Below, piece after piece: positions 1 to 10,995 of a stretch of 64,000 nt of DNA. Within the stretch, counting starts at the first letter, position 1; every line of letters starts with the position of its first letter. This DNA is from Steroidobacterales bacterium (GTDB lineage Bacteria > Pseudomonadota > Gammaproteobacteria > Steroidobacterales > Steroidobacteraceae): contig JBIODC010000004.1 in the NCBI GenBank assembly GCA_044440135.1, forward strand, positions 11,835 to 75,834, written 5' to 3'. A model generated the notes under the pieces. That model saw nothing but the letters and a program-made list of their open reading frames with translations, had not been told where the DNA came from and made no database searches. The position numbers and the translations under genes are program-made.

Positions 1-461
1 AGCACATGGCGGTATTCCAGGCCGGTGGCCCTGAGGTCCAGCAGCAGCAGCAGGCCCACGGCGGTAAACAGGTACATCACACTCAACGTCAACACGATTT
101 CCACGATGACGGTGGCACTGACGGGGGCCGCCGCGAGCCCACGCCATCGCAACAGGCGAATTCCTGCCACGCCGCCACCGACGCTGGCCACCGGCAGCAG
201 GCGGTCGACTGCATCGCGCACCGAAGTGACCCAGAACAGGTAGCCGAGTCCGGCACGCCGCCGGACATCGTAGGGGCGAAGCAGCACCAGCCAGCCGAGC
301 GCGTACAGCACAAAATACACTGCGCGGTACGGGATCAACCACAGCAGCCGCCAGCCGCCGATCGCGAGCGTCTGCAGCATCGCGGTGAAGTCGGCGCGCA
401 CCACCAGCGTTACCAGCAACGCCAGGCCCAGCAGACCGCCGATGTAGGCTGCGATTTTCAA
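1..461 (-). CDS. Flippase-like / lysylphosphatidylglycerol-synthase TM-region family (UPF0104) membrane protein, N-terminal part; gene runs off the left edge
   Basis: Absent from the ORF track because it is open at the window edge. Minus frame from TTG 461 (in-frame TGA 15 nt upstream) reads LKIAAYIGGLLGLALLVTLVVRADFTAMLQTLAIGGWRLLWLIPYRAVYFVLYALGWLVLLRP... It is hydrophobic with high GC3. The overlapping + ORF 6..530 is a Gln/Arg/His-rich shadow. Confidence 0.6.
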   Translation of the reverse strand, partial: MKIAAYIGGLLGLALLVTLVVRADFTAMLQTLAIGGWRLLWLIPYRAVYFVLYALGWLVLLRPYDVRRRAGLGYLFWVTSVRDAVDRLLPVASVGGGVAGIRLLRWRGLAAAPVSATVIVEIVLTLSVMYLFTAVGLLLLLDLRATGLEYRHV

Positions 462-658
462 GCCGGGCGCAATTCATCGCCCCCGTTCGTGCAGCCTCGC
501 GCCGGACAAGCGGCGCAGGCGTTGCGCTGAATCGAGGCTGTTGAGCAGCGGATGCGAAGCGCACAGGCCGGTCATCCGACGCAGTATACCCTCAAAGGGC
601 TTTTCCTCCGGCGCACTGCGCCGTGCCCGCAGCGCTCCCTGTGCTAACCTTGTCTGCG

Positions 659-2452
659 ATGCGCAACGAACTGCGGGCACTGGTCGTCGCCGCGTGCGGC
701 GCCGTCGCCGCCTGTACATCGCTTGCCCCCAACAGCGCTGCGGTCGAAGCGCGAGTCGCCGCTCAGAACGCGCTGTTCGAGGACGAGTATCAGTACGAGC
801 TCAGGATGCACCCCGAGCGCGCGACGTCGTACGGGGATTATCGTTATAACGACCGCCTCGACGACCGTTCGCTCGCGGCGCTCAGCAGCGAGCACGCCAG
901 CGACCAGGATTTTCTTGCGCGCCTGAAGGCCATCCCGACCACCGGCTTTGCCGAGCACGACGCGCTATCGCACCAGGTGCTGCTGCGCATACTCAGCCAG
1001 CGCATCGAGGACTATGAATTCAAGGAATACGAGATGCCGGTGAGCCAGATGGAAGGCCCGCACGTGCGCCTTGCCGATCTGCCGCTCGCGGTTCCTTTCG
1101 ATTCAGTGAAGCAGTACCAGGACTACATCAGCCGCCTGCATCAGATCCCGCGCGCTTTCGCCCAGACCGAGCAGGTCCTGCGGCAAGGCATGAAGGACCA
1201 TCTGATGCCGGTGCGCTTCCTGCTCGAGAAGGTGCCCACGCAGTGCCAGGGCATCATTGCGGCCGACCCGTTCCTGCGGCCGACGGAGAGATTTCCGGCC
1301 AGCATCCCGAGCGATGAGCAGCAGCGCCTGACCAAGGCGATCAACGACGCGGTGATCAACGAGGTGCTGCCGGCCTACCAGTCCTTTGGCAGCTTCATCG
1401 CCACCGAGTACGCACCGCACGGTCGCACCACGCTGGCCGTCACCTCGCTGCCCGGCGGCGAACGCCGCTATCTCAACGCCATCCACAGCCGTACCACCGT
1501 CACCAAGCTGACTCCGGCCCAGATTCACCAGATCGGACTGCGCGAGATCGAACGCATCGAGGCCGACATGCTGGTCATTGCGCATCAGGAAGGCTTCGCC
1601 GATCTGGCGTCGTTCCGCGAGTCGCTCGAGACCAACGCCAAATACCGGCCGGTCTCGGCCGAGCAGATCGTCGATGACTTTCGCAACTACATTGCGCAGA
1701 TGCAGTCGAAGCTGCCGGACCTGTTCGGCTTCATCCCCGGATCGCCGGTGACCGTCGAAGCCATCCCGGATTTCCAGGCCGCGATGGCCACGCACTACCA
1801 GACCGGCACGCCGGATGGCAAACGTCCGGGCCGCGTGGTCGTGGCGACCTCCAATTTCGCGCACCGTACGCTGATCGATGACGAAGCCATTGCCTATCAC
1901 GAGGGCGTCCCCGGACACCACATGCAGCTGTCGGTGGCGCAGCAACTGACCGGGCTGCCGAAGTTTCGCCAGCACGGCGGCAACTCGGGCTACGTCGAGG
2001 GCTGGGCGCTGTACGCGGAACAGCTCGGCAAGGAGGCCGGTTTCTATCAGGATCCGGTCAGCGACTACGGCCGCCTCTCCAGCGAACTGTTTCGCGCGGT
2101 GCGCCTGGTCGTGGATACCGGCGTCCACTCCGAGGGCTGGACGCGCGACCAGGTGGTCGACTTCATGCGCAAATCCGGCGCCGTCGACGAGCCCACGATC
2201 CAGTCCGAGACCGACCGCTATATCGCCTGGCCGGCGCAGGCGCTGTCGTACAAGCTTGGCCAGCTGGAGTTCCGCCAACTGCGCGAACGCGCGCGCAGCG
2301 AGCTGGGGCCGAAGTTCGACATCCGCAGCTTCCATGACGAGATGCTCAACGGCGGCGTGCTGCCGCTCGACCTGCTGGAGTCCCGCACCGGCAGCTGGAT
2401 TCGGGCGCAGAAAATGGGGTCCGTGACCGCGAGCTCAGCGACGCTCAACTAG
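659..2452 (+). CDS. DUF885 family lipoprotein (metallopeptidase-like)
   Basis: Track ORF 623..2452 starts at GTG. Internal ATG 659 gives the lipoprotein signal MRNELRALVVAACGAVAAC|TS. HEGVPGHHMQ and EGWALYAE motifs are typical of DUF885. Confidence 0.85.
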   Translation: MRNELRALVVAACGAVAACTSLAPNSAAVEARVAAQNALFEDEYQYELRMHPERATSYGDYRYNDRLDDRSLAALSSEHASDQDFLARLKAIPTTGFAEHDALSHQVLLRILSQRIEDYEFKEYEMPVSQMEGPHVRLADLPLAVPFDSVKQYQDYISRLHQIPRAFAQTEQVLRQGMKDHLMPVRFLLEKVPTQCQGIIAADPFLRPTERFPASIPSDEQQRLTKAINDAVINEVLPAYQSFGSFIATEYAPHGRTTLAVTSLPGGERRYLNAIHSRTTVTKLTPAQIHQIGLREIERIEADMLVIAHQEGFADLASFRESLETNAKYRPVSAEQIVDDFRNYIAQMQSKLPDLFGFIPGSPVTVEAIPDFQAAMATHYQTGTPDGKRPGRVVVATSNFAHRTLIDDEAIAYHEGVPGHHMQLSVAQQLTGLPKFRQHGGNSGYVEGWALYAEQLGKEAGFYQDPVSDYGRLSSELFRAVRLVVDTGVHSEGWTRDQVVDFMRKSGAVDEPTIQSETDRYIAWPAQALSYKLGQLEFRQLRERARSELGPKFDIRSFHDEMLNGGVLPLDLLESRTGSWIRAQKMGSVTASSATLN

Positions 2453-2500
2453 CCGGCCGCGCGGCTTTCTGGCCGTGGGCATCGGCGTCGAATCTTCGCG

Positions 2501-3358
2501 TTATGCGCTTCTTGCCTTCAGCGCCAATACCCCATCGCCGTTCAGCTCGGCGGCGAAACCGGCATGCCTCAATCGCGTCGCCACTTCGTTGGCAAAATCA
2601 CGGCCGCTGCTGAGCCTGTTCGGGCTTCCGGTGTAATGAAACAGCCTGCCCCTGCGCTTGAGCACGCGGGCGAGATGGTCATAGAACACCTGTGAGTACA
2701 GTTGTCCGGCAATGCCGAATCGCGGCGGGTCGTGCAGGATCGCATCGACCGACTCGTCCGGCAGGCCCGCGATCCGCTCGGCGATATCCCCGACGGTCAA
2801 TGTCAGCGCACCGCCATGCTCCGGCGACCAGCGATTGTCGGGCGACCACGGATTGAGGCTGCGCAGCCAGATGACATCGGGATTGGATTCGTACGAGTAC
2901 ACGTGACGTGCCAGACCGCGCAGACACCAGGCGGCGAAATAGCCCAGGCCGCCGCAGGTGTCGAGGATCAGCTTGCCGCCCGGCGCGATCAGGCCAACCT
3001 TGCGTTCGGCATCCGCATAAGGGGAGACGCGGGCCGTCGGCAGCATCTTTATGCCATCGATTTCGAATGTCGGTGGTCCCCATTCGGTCGGCACCAGCTT
3101 GATCAGAGCGCCGGTATAGCGCGCCACCGGCTCGAAGCTGGTGTTGTCGGCCCAGTGGTAAATCGTGCGCTCCTTGCAGCGGGCCAGAAACGGAAATGCC
3201 CGCTCATCCCAGATCCATGCGTCGGCGCGCAGCTCGACCGTAGTCGTGGAGCGATCGAGATCGAGCGAGCAGCTCACCCTGGTCGCGCCCGCGCTGCGCG
3301 CCGCGAGCAGTGCCTGGTGCACCTTTGAAGTCAACAGCGGCCCTATCGCTGCGCTCAC
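2501..3358 (-). CDS. Class I SAM-dependent methyltransferase (DPPRF type)
   Basis: C-terminal 285 aa of track ORF 2501..3529. GTG 3358 overlaps the TGA of the upstream gene (GTGA). Motif I ILDTCGGLGYFA and ILHDPPRFG are present. The first 57 track codons overlap the neighbour and are Arg/Ala-rich. Confidence 0.7.
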   Translation of the reverse strand: MSAAIGPLLTSKVHQALLAARSAGATRVSCSLDLDRSTTTVELRADAWIWDERAFPFLARCKERTIYHWADNTSFEPVARYTGALIKLVPTEWGPPTFEIDGIKMLPTARVSPYADAERKVGLIAPGGKLILDTCGGLGYFAAWCLRGLARHVYSYESNPDVIWLRSLNPWSPDNRWSPEHGGALTLTVGDIAERIAGLPDESVDAILHDPPRFGIAGQLYSQVFYDHLARVLKRRGRLFHYTGSPNRLSSGRDFANEVATRLRHAGFAAELNGDGVLALKARSA

Positions 3359-4098
3359 AGCGTCCCGATCTCCCGCTCGGTCAGCATGCGCCACTGGCCT
3401 TTCGGTAGCGCGCCCAATGACAGCGGCCCGACTGCGACCCGCACCAGGCGCAGCACGGCAATCCCGCAGGCCGCCAGCAGTCGGCGTATCTGCCGATGGC
3501 GACCCTCGCCGAGCACGATCTCGAGCCACGCGTTCCGGTGCCCGGCGCGCAGGCGGCGCACCGAGCGGGCGCTCAGGCGCTCGCCATCGAGCACCACACC
3601 GTGCTCGAGCTGGCGCAGCAGATCTGCCGAGGGCAAGCGGTCGATCTGCACATGGTAGGTCTTGTCAGGACCGGACTCAGGGTCGGTGATGCGGGCCGCC
3701 CACGCGGGGTCGTTGCTGAACAGCAGCAGGCCTTCACTGGCCTTGTCGAGCCGCCCGACTGGCGCCAGCCAGGGCAATGCGGAACCGGCGAAACAGGCAT
3801 ACACGGTATCGCGGCCATGCTCGTCGCTGGTTGTGGTGACCAGGCCGCGCGGTTTGTTCAACATCAGCACCACACGCGCGGCGGCGCACGGCCGCTGGCC
3901 TTCGATGTCGATGCGGTCGATGCCCTGGCGGACCGGATATTCGGCGTCGCGCACCACGCGCTGATTCACGCGGACACGCCCGTCGCGCACCCATTGTGCC
4001 GCCTGGCTGCGCGATCCCAGGCCGAGCTTCGAAATGACGCGCGCGACGCCATGGCGTGGCGGACGCGATGCGCGGGCTCGTGGCTTGGGCGTCGTCAT
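3355..4098 (-). CDS. rRNA pseudouridine synthase, RsuA/RluB/RluE family
   Basis: S4-like N-terminus (VISKLGLGSRSQAAQWVRDGRVRVN) and catalytic-Asp motif VGRLDKASEGLLLFSND. The specific rRNA target cannot be told from sequence. Confidence 0.88.
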   Translation of the reverse strand: MTTPKPRARASRPPRHGVARVISKLGLGSRSQAAQWVRDGRVRVNQRVVRDAEYPVRQGIDRIDIEGQRPCAAARVVLMLNKPRGLVTTTSDEHGRDTVYACFAGSALPWLAPVGRLDKASEGLLLFSNDPAWAARITDPESGPDKTYHVQIDRLPSADLLRQLEHGVVLDGERLSARSVRRLRAGHRNAWLEIVLGEGRHRQIRRLLAACGIAVLRLVRVAVGPLSLGALPKGQWRMLTEREIGTL

Positions 4099-4154
4099 CG
4101 GTCAAGTTCGCCTGAGCGAGCCGCCAGCCATACCCGCGCGAGCACCCCGGAAGC

Positions 4155-6416
4155 TCAGGTGCTCAGCTGATCGGCGATCGGCAGCCGGCGGATGCGCTTG
4201 CCGGTGGCGGCGAATATCGCGTTCGCGACCGCCGGGGCGATCGGAGCGGTGCCCGGCTCGCCGACGCCGGTCGGTTTGGTGCCTGACGGCACGATATGCA
4301 CCTCGATCGCGGGCATCTCGTTGATGCGCAACGGCGTGTACTGATCGAAGTTCGCCTGCTCGATCTGGCCTTCTTTCAGCGTGATCGCGCTGTGCAGCGC
4401 CGCGGCGAGCCCGTAACCGATGCCGCCCTCCATCTGTGCCCGGATCACGTCCGGGTTGATCGCAAGGCCGCAATCCACCGCGCAGACGACCCGGTCGATG
4501 CGCAGCTTGTTGTCGGCACTGACCGTCACTTCCGCGATTTCGCAGACGCAGCTATTGAACGACTCGTGCAGCGCGATGCCGCGGCCACGGCGCGCGCCGT
4601 TGGCAGCGGGCGCCAACGCCGAGGCCCAGCCCGAGCGGGCGACCGCCAGTTCCATCACCGCAAGATGACGCGGATGCTGCGCGAGCAGCGCGCGGCGAAA
4701 CTCAACCGGATCCCTGCCGGCGGCGCCCGCCAGCTCATCGATCATGCATTCGGTCGCGAACGCGGTGTGCGTGTGGCCCACCGAGCGCCACCATTGCACC
4801 GGTACGCCGATGTCGGTCGGCGTGTGCAGTTCGATTCGAAGGTTCGGGATTTCATAAGGCTCGGCCGAGCCCTCGACCGACGTCGCATCGATGCCGTCCT
4901 TTATCAGGAACGCTTCGAACGGCGAGCCCTTGATGATCGATTGGCCGACCACGCGTTGCTGCCACGCCAGCAGCGCGCCCTGCTGATCGACCGCACCGCG
5001 CAGGCGGTGCAGGTACGCCGGGCGGTAATAGCCGCCGCGGGTGTCGTCCTCGCGCGTCCAGACCATCTTGATCGGAACCCGATGACCCTGAAGTTGCGCT
5101 GCGCGCGCGATCGCAACCGCTTCGAGCACGTAATCGGCCATCGGATTCGCGCGCCGGCCGAAGCTGCCGCCCGCGTAGAGCTGCGTGATCTCGACCTGCT
5201 CGGGCTTCAGATCGAGCAGTCTGGCGACCGCCGCCTGGTCGGCCGTGTGCATCTGCTCGCCGTTCCAGATTTCGCAGCGACCGTCGCTCAGGCGCACCAG
5301 GCAATTGAGCGGTTCCATCGATGCGTGGGCCAGATACGGAAACTCGTAGTCGGCCTCGATCAGCTTCGCGCCCGCTGCAAGCGCGGCCGCGGTATCGCCT
5401 TCGTTCTTGACCAGCGCGCCGGGCTGATCGGCGAGGCTGCGGTATTGCGTCAGGATATCCGCGCTGCTCTGCCCGAAGGCCTGCGACTCGTCCCATTGGA
5501 TCGTCAGCGCATCGCGGCCCTGCTTGGCGACCCAGGTATTGCGGGCCAACACCGCGACGCCGCCGAACGAGGTCGAGCTGCCCGGGAACTGCACCACATC
5601 CACCACCCCCGCGATGGCCCTGGCGCGACCGGCATCGAAGCTGCCGACGGTGGCTCCGAAGCGCGGTGGATGCGCCGGCACGGCGACCAGCATGCCCGGC
5701 AGCTTGAAGTCCTGGGTAAAGACCGCGCTGCCGTTGGTCTTGGCGGCGCTGTCCTTGCGCGGCAGGCGCGGGTTGCCGATCAGCTTGAACTCAGCGGGGT
5801 TCTTGAGCCTGACATCGCTCGGAACCGGCTGCGTCGCCGCGGCCCGAACCAGGGAGCCGAAGCGCGCCTTGCGGCCGGAAGGCCTATGCGCCACGACGCC
5901 GCTATCGACGGTGATGCTGTCCACCGGCACCCGCCATTGCTGCGCGGCGGCCGCGACCAGCATCGCGCGCGCGGTGGCGCCGGCCATGCGCATCTGCTCG
6001 TATGAATTCGCCATCGCGGTGCTGCCGCCGGTCAGCTGCATGCCGAGCAGCAGATTGGCGTAGCGCTTGACGTCGGCCGGCGCCCCTTCCACGCGCACCT
6101 GGTGCCAGTCGGCATCGAGTTCCTCGGCCAGCAGAGTGGCCAGTCCCGTAAACGTGCCCTGGCCCATTTCCAGATGCTTGGACACGACGGTGACAGTGTT
6201 GTCGGCCGCGATGCGCACGAATGCGTTGGGCGCGAACACGGCCGTCGAATCGGTGCCGGCGGCGCGCTGCGCGGCTCCCAGGGACAGCTGGGGTGCGAGA
6301 TAGAAACTGAGCGTCAGGCCTCCTGCCTGGCGCAGAAACTGCCGGCGGGATGGGCGCTTGGCGCTCGGCGACTGCTGGTGTGCGGCGGCGTCGCGGGTGT
6401 TGTCGGGAATTCGCAT
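4155..6416 (-). CDS. Molybdopterin-binding oxidoreductase large subunit (IorB / aldehyde oxidase-xanthine dehydrogenase family)
   Basis: 753 aa with Tat signal [16 protein letters not shown]. Its start lies 25 nt downstream of the 2Fe-2S subunit gene stop. Family architecture recognised by eye. Confidence 0.85.
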   Translation of the reverse strand: MRIPDNTRDAAAHQQSPSAKRPSRRQFLRQAGGLTLSFYLAPQLSLGAAQRAAGTDSTAVFAPNAFVRIAADNTVTVVSKHLEMGQGTFTGLATLLAEELDADWHQVRVEGAPADVKRYANLLLGMQLTGGSTAMANSYEQMRMAGATARAMLVAAAAQQWRVPVDSITVDSGVVAHRPSGRKARFGSLVRAAATQPVPSDVRLKNPAEFKLIGNPRLPRKDSAAKTNGSAVFTQDFKLPGMLVAVPAHPPRFGATVGSFDAGRARAIAGVVDVVQFPGSSTSFGGVAVLARNTWVAKQGRDALTIQWDESQAFGQSSADILTQYRSLADQPGALVKNEGDTAAALAAGAKLIEADYEFPYLAHASMEPLNCLVRLSDGRCEIWNGEQMHTADQAAVARLLDLKPEQVEITQLYAGGSFGRRANPMADYVLEAVAIARAAQLQGHRVPIKMVWTREDDTRGGYYRPAYLHRLRGAVDQQGALLAWQQRVVGQSIIKGSPFEAFLIKDGIDATSVEGSAEPYEIPNLRIELHTPTDIGVPVQWWRSVGHTHTAFATECMIDELAGAAGRDPVEFRRALLAQHPRHLAVMELAVARSGWASALAPAANGARRGRGIALHESFNSCVCEIAEVTVSADNKLRIDRVVCAVDCGLAINPDVIRAQMEGGIGYGLAAALHSAITLKEGQIEQANFDQYTPLRINEMPAIEVHIVPSGTKPTGVGEPGTAPIAPAVANAIFAATGKRIRRLPIADQLST

Positions 6417-6441
6417 GCTGGTGCTCCGGATTTTAGTGCCT

Positions 6442-6903
6442 TCAGGCGCTCAGCGATCGGGCCGCTTCATGGATCGCGGCACGAATGCGCACGTAGGTGG
6501 CGCAGCGGCACACGTTGCCACTCATAGCCGCGTCGATATCGGCATCGGTGGGCCGTCGATGGCTACGCAGCAGTGCGACTGCCGACATCATCTGGCCGGA
6601 CTGGCAGTAGCCGCATTGCACGACGTCAAGCTTGCGCCACGCGTTCTGCACCGCCTTGCCGACCGGCTCGCTGGCCACCGCTTCGATCGTCGTAACGTGC
6701 TTGCCTTGCACCGCGGCCAGCGGCGTGACACACGATCGGATCGCACGGCCGTCCAGCTGCACGGTACAGGCACCACAGAGCGACATGCCGCAGCCGTACT
6801 TGGTGCCGGTCATGCCGAGCTCGTCGCGCAGTGCCCACAGCAGCGGCATGTCCGCCGGCGCATCCACCGATACCTCGCGGCCATTGACCTTGAACGTGCT
6901 CAT
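6442..6903 (-). CDS. (2Fe-2S)-binding small subunit of the molybdoenzyme (IorA-like)
   Basis: Real start is ATG 6903 ([11 protein letters not shown]...), 153 aa. Cluster motifs [11 protein letters not shown] and QCGYCQSG...CRCATY are present. The 362-aa track ORF 6442..7530 is an upstream over-extension. Confidence 0.9.
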   Translation of the reverse strand: MSTFKVNGREVSVDAPADMPLLWALRDELGMTGTKYGCGMSLCGACTVQLDGRAIRSCVTPLAAVQGKHVTTIEAVASEPVGKAVQNAWRKLDVVQCGYCQSGQMMSAVALLRSHRRPTDADIDAAMSGNVCRCATYVRIRAAIHEAARSLSA

Positions 6904-6981
6904 CGTCGCCCTCCATGATCGGATCGAAGACAAACCCCGGGGATGGCGCCAATTATAGCCGCTGCGCGCTAGAATCAATGA

Positions 6982-7635
6982 ATGCCGGATGCATTGCCGC
7001 CGCTCGAGGGCTGGAATAATTTCTACGTCATTGTCGGATCGTCCGCGGCCGGGCTCACGGGTCTCACGTTCGTCGTGATTGCACTGGCGTCGGACGCGAA
7101 TATGGTGCGACTGTCGGGCCTGCGCACCTTTATCACGCCGATCGTGATGCATTTTGGTTCGGCACTGTGGATCGCCGCACTGCTGTGCATTCCCGGACAC
7201 ACGGTCGCGAGCCTGGCGACCTGCATGAGCGTCACCGGAGTCATCCTGGCCGCCCATGGCGGCATCACGACCTGGCGCATGTACCGCAATCGGAGCGTCT
7301 ACCGGCCGATGCTCGAGGACTGGATCTGGAACGCACTGCTGCCCTCGCTGTGCTATCTGGCGCTGCTGACGGGGGGCGTGCTGCTGGTCAGCCATCCGCT
7401 GCCCGCGCTCTACACCATCGGCGCCGTGGCGCTGACGTTGCTGTTCATCGGCATCCACAACGCCTGGGACCTGGCGGTGTGGATTACGGTCGAACGTCCC
7501 GAGGCGCGATCCCAGGCGGAAGCCGGGCACAGCGCATCCGGCACCCCGGCCGGCTCAAGCAGTTCGAGCACCTCGAGCGTCAGGTCCGGGGGCGCAGCCG
7601 GCGGGGCTGCCGCGCCCCCGGATGCTGGCGCCTGA
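6982..7635 (+). CDS. Hypothetical integral membrane protein
   Basis: 217 aa with about 5 hydrophobic helices (e.g. [23 protein letters not shown]) and a Ser/Gly/Ala-rich C-terminal tail. No family recognised. Confidence 0.55.
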   Translation: MPDALPPLEGWNNFYVIVGSSAAGLTGLTFVVIALASDANMVRLSGLRTFITPIVMHFGSALWIAALLCIPGHTVASLATCMSVTGVILAAHGGITTWRMYRNRSVYRPMLEDWIWNALLPSLCYLALLTGGVLLVSHPLPALYTIGAVALTLLFIGIHNAWDLAVWITVERPEARSQAEAGHSASGTPAGSSSSSTSSVRSGGAAGGAAAPPDAGA

Positions 7636-7704
7636 CGCAAGCGCTGCGGGGGCTCGTCGGGCCGGCTTGCGCGAGACCTGGCGCCACTAGCCTCGCCAAC
7701 CGGA

Positions 7705-8493
7705 TCACGACCGAAACTGTGGTGCGGGCGTGCTCCATTCCGAATCTGTCAGCACGATATCCATCGTTATCTTTGCGCGGCAGAGCCACAACAGACGCCA
7801 GGCCGTCAATACTCGTCCGTTATGATCATAGATATGCTTGTAGAAGGCGGTACAGCGAATGATTTTCCGCGTTCCCGCAACGCGGGCAATCACCCTGCCG
7901 ATCCAGCCCAAAGGGCGAAGTTTGAGATAACACGGGTGCAGCGAAAGATGCAGCGTCGGGCGATTCAACTTCAGGTAATCCACCATGGTCGGCAGGATCG
8001 CGTATTCCCCGCCCTCTATGTCCATCTTGATGAAGTTGCATTCGGTGATGTTGCTCTCACGGATGAAATCATCGAACGACAATCCCTTGACGGTCCAATG
8101 GGTCTTCTTCTTGCCGAACAGCAGGCTTGAGGTTGAATCGCCGCCCTGTCCGCGGCTGCCGAAAGCCACCTCGCCCGATTTCGGCGCAATGCATATGTTG
8201 AGCACCCGAATGTTGTCGGTCGTGGGCCTGTTCAGGTCGATGTTCTGCTCGAGCTCGGCAAAGGCCAGCGGATCGGGTTCCACAGCATAAGCGGATTTCG
8301 CGAGCTGGCATCCGTACAACAGCGTGGGACCGATCCAGGCGCCGATGTCGATATAGGAGTGCTGGCGATCGAGGAACCGGTCAAAAATCGCGAAGGTGTC
8401 CGATTCCCAGGTGCCTTTCGCAACCTCTCGCCAGAAAGCGCCATTCTTCCCTGGCGAGACTTTGAATTCCTTGTTCTGCAGGCTGATGAGCAT
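7705..8493 (-). CDS. FkbM family methyltransferase
   Basis: FIKMDIEGGEYAILP motif. ATG at 8493 (the track start 8499 is GTG). About 52% G+C from hand counts over 7801-8100, versus about 70% in the flanks. Confidence 0.85.
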   Translation of the reverse strand: MLISLQNKEFKVSPGKNGAFWREVAKGTWESDTFAIFDRFLDRQHSYIDIGAWIGPTLLYGCQLAKSAYAVEPDPLAFAELEQNIDLNRPTTDNIRVLNICIAPKSGEVAFGSRGQGGDSTSSLLFGKKKTHWTVKGLSFDDFIRESNITECNFIKMDIEGGEYAILPTMVDYLKLNRPTLHLSLHPCYLKLRPLGWIGRVIARVAGTRKIIRCTAFYKHIYDHNGRVLTAWRLLWLCRAKITMDIVLTDSEWSTPAPQFRS

Positions 8494-8498
8494 CCGCA

Positions 8499-9848
8499 CT
8501 AGGCAGCGCCGTGCCTGGCCTCGAGATCGTAGGTGCCGGCCGCGGTGATCTCGAGCGTGGCGAAGTCCCCGACCTTCAATCGCGCGGCGCCGCGAATGCG
8601 CACCACGCCGTCGATCTCCGGCGCATCGCCGGCGCTGCGCGCGATCGCGACACCGTCCTCGATCGCATCGACCAGCACGCGACAGCGCCGACCGACGCGC
8701 GCCGCGAGGCGCGCGGCGCTTATCTGCCCGGCCTTGTGCATGAAGCGCTCATAGCGCTCCTGCTTGACCTGCTCGGGTACCGGATCGGCGATCGCATTGG
8801 CCGCGGCGCCCTCGACCGGCGAATACTTGAAACAGCCGACACGGTCGAGTCCGGCGGCATCGAGCCAGGCCAGCAGCTGCTCGAACTCGGCCTCGGACTC
8901 GCCCGGAAAGCCGACGATGAAGGTGCTGCGCAACGTCAGATCGGGCCGCTGTGCGCGCCAGGATTCGATCCGGCGCAGCGTATTCTCGGCGTGCGCCGGC
9001 CGGCGCATGCGCTTGAGTACCGCGGGGCTGGCATGCTGGAACGGAATGTCGAGATAGGGCAATACGCCCTGTTCACTCATCAGCGGGATCACGGCGTCGA
9101 CGTGCGGGTACGGATAGACGTAGTGCAGGCGCGCCCAGACTCCGAGCGCGCCCAGCGCGCGCACCAGGTCGAGGAATCGGGTCTGATACGGCTCGCCGCG
9201 CCACTGCACGCCGCGATAGCGGATGTCGCTGCCATAGGCGCTGGTGTCCTGCGAGATGACCAGCAGTTCCTTGACGCCAGCGCTCACCAGCGCTTCGGCC
9301 TCACGCATGACCGCATCGAGCGGCCGGCTCACCAGCGCGCCGCGCAGCGATGGAATGATGCAGAAGCTGCAGCGGTTGTTGCAGCCCTCGGAGATCTTCA
9401 GGTAGGCGTAGTGGCGGGGCGTGAGGCGGATGCCCTGCGGCGGCACCAGGTCGATGAACGGATCATGCGGCTGCGGCAGATGCTCGTTGACTGCCTCGAT
9501 CACGCGCTCGTAGGCGTGCGGGCCAGTGACGCCAAGCACCTTCGGGTGACGCTCGAGGATGCGCTGCGGATTGGCGCCGAGGCAGCCGGTCACGAGCACA
9601 CGGCCGTTCTGGCGCAGCGCTTCTCCGATCGCCTGCAGCGACTCATCGATGGCCGCGTCGATGAAACCGCAGGTATTGACCACCACCAGATCGGCATCGG
9701 CATAGCCGGCGGCAATGGTGTAACCGCGGGTCTTGAGCTCGGTGATCAGACGCTCGGAGTCCACCAGGGCCTTGGGACAGCCGAGGCTGACAAAGCCGAC
9801 CGCGGGCGCGCGGCCGCGCACCGTGGATTTTCGTAGCGCAGTGCTCAT
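8499..9848 (-). CDS. rimO: Ribosomal protein S12 methylthiotransferase RimO
   Basis: [24 protein letters not shown]-terminus, radical-SAM CNNRCSFC and C-terminal TRAM-like region. ATG 9848 (MSTALRK...). Confidence 0.93.
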   Translation of the reverse strand: MSTALRKSTVRGRAPAVGFVSLGCPKALVDSERLITELKTRGYTIAAGYADADLVVVNTCGFIDAAIDESLQAIGEALRQNGRVLVTGCLGANPQRILERHPKVLGVTGPHAYERVIEAVNEHLPQPHDPFIDLVPPQGIRLTPRHYAYLKISEGCNNRCSFCIIPSLRGALVSRPLDAVMREAEALVSAGVKELLVISQDTSAYGSDIRYRGVQWRGEPYQTRFLDLVRALGALGVWARLHYVYPYPHVDAVIPLMSEQGVLPYLDIPFQHASPAVLKRMRRPAHAENTLRRIESWRAQRPDLTLRSTFIVGFPGESEAEFEQLLAWLDAAGLDRVGCFKYSPVEGAAANAIADPVPEQVKQERYERFMHKAGQISAARLAARVGRRCRVLVDAIEDGVAIARSAGDAPEIDGVVRIRGAARLKVGDFATLEITAAGTYDLEARHGAA

Positions 9849-9955
9849 GGGAGTCGCAAATGGCAGGCTTGGTCGCAAAGCCTGTCGGGGCGTGCCGTCC
9901 GGCCGGTACAATGGGGATTCCCAGTGTACCTCAAGCGGCGGCGCCGGATCGACGT

Positions 9956-10537
9956 ATGGCTTTTGACCTCGCGTACTACCAGCGGTTCTACTTCAATCGC
10001 CGCACCGCCGTGACCACCCGGGCCGAGATGGGCGCCCGTGCCCGGCTGATCACCGGTTGTGTCGACTATATCGGCTTGCCGGTCGGCAAGATCCTGGACG
10101 CCGGCTGCGGCGTCGGCCTGCTGCGTACGCCGCTGCTGCGTGGCCTGAAGCGCGCCAGTTACACCGGGCTCGAGTTCAGCGACTATCTGTGCCAACGCTA
10201 TGGCTGGCTGCAGGGCTCGATCGAAACTTTCCGCACCCGCGAGCGCTTCGATCTGGTGATCTGCTACGACGTGCTGCAATACCTGTCCGCGGCTGCCGCG
10301 CAGCGCGCGATCGAGAATCTGGCGAGGCTGTGCCGGGGCGCACTGTACTTCGGTGCGCTGACGCGCGAAGACTGGCGCGACAACTGCGATCGTACCCGCA
10401 CCCACCGCATCCCGGGGCTGCGCCCCGGCAGCTGGTACCGGCGCGAGCTGTCAGCCGCATTCCGGCCGCTCGGCTGCGGCATGTGGGTCAAGCGCGATCT
10501 GCCGCTGACGCTGTGGAACCTGGACGCCGCGGCTTGA
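9956..10537 (+). CDS. Class I SAM-dependent methyltransferase
   Basis: ATG 9956 ([13 protein letters not shown]...). Motif [12 protein letters not shown] and [13 protein letters not shown]. First gene of a four-gene overlapping operon. Confidence 0.8.
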   Translation: MAFDLAYYQRFYFNRRTAVTTRAEMGARARLITGCVDYIGLPVGKILDAGCGVGLLRTPLLRGLKRASYTGLEFSDYLCQRYGWLQGSIETFRTRERFDLVICYDVLQYLSAAAAQRAIENLARLCRGALYFGALTREDWRDNCDRTRTHRIPGLRPGSWYRRELSAAFRPLGCGMWVKRDLPLTLWNLDAAA

Positions 10538-10995
10538 GCGCGCTCGCGTCGGGCCGGCGCGAGCTGATCGCGTTCGCCGGTGCCGTCCAGTGCGAATCCG
10601 CCGCCGGCGCCGTTGACCTGGTGCTGCGCGGCTATGCCCGCGGCATGGAGCCCGCGCGCAGCGGATTGACCGAAGTGCTGTTCAGCGGCGCCGGCACCGT
10701 GGCGCTGCCGCCGGTGCTGCGCGACGCCCGGGTGATCGAGCTCGCCGCCGCACCCGCGACCGGCAGCGCCCACGACATCGCACGCAGGCGCTATCGCATC
10801 GAGAGTCCCGGGCTGCAGCTCGAATTGCCGGCGCGCAGCGTGCAGCTGCACCGCGATGCGGCAGCGGCGTTCTTCGGTGCGGTGCCGCCGGTGCGGGTGC
10901 CGCTGCGGCTGCGCGTCGGCTGGTCGCTGCTGCTGACGGTGCTGCGTATTCCGAAGGCCGAGCTGCTGCTCAGGAAAATTCGAGGCTCGACATGA
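10534..10995 (+). CDS. Hypothetical protein (about 153 aa)
   Basis: TTG 10534 overlaps the upstream TGA (TTGA), and its own TGA overlaps the downstream ATG (ATGA). GC3 is very high in this frame. C-terminal hydrophobic segment GWSLLLTVL. Start is uncertain (alternative ATG at codon 38). No family recognised. Confidence 0.5.
   Translation: MSALASGRRELIAFAGAVQCESAAGAVDLVLRGYARGMEPARSGLTEVLFSGAGTVALPPVLRDARVIELAAAPATGSAHDIARRRYRIESPGLQLELPARSVQLHRDAAAAFFGAVPPVRVPLRLRVGWSLLLTVLRIPKAELLLRKIRGST

Noticed and set aside
6-530. 174-aa plus-strand ORF at the left edge (MAVFQAGGPEVQQQQQAHGG...)
   Set aside because: Gln/Arg/His/Pro-rich with no family resemblance. The opposite strand encodes a coherent multi-TM UPF0104-like protein with high GC3, so this is a shadow ORF.
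4296-6005. 569-aa plus-strand ORF. Similar long antisense ORFs occur at 1103..2335, 8511..9836, 17036..18661, 25052..26425, 27083..28861, 45147..46598, 46519..48084 and 55486..56607.
   Set aside because: Each lies antisense to, or out of frame with, a gene that has clear family motifs. All are Arg/Ala/Pro/Gly-rich low-complexity translations typical of stop-poor high-GC DNA.
6904-7530. N-terminal 209-codon extension of the 2Fe-2S subunit ORF (track 6442..7530)
   Set aside because: The extension overlaps the divergent membrane-protein gene and is Arg/Asp/His-rich. The conserved protein begins at MSTFKVNG (ATG 6903).
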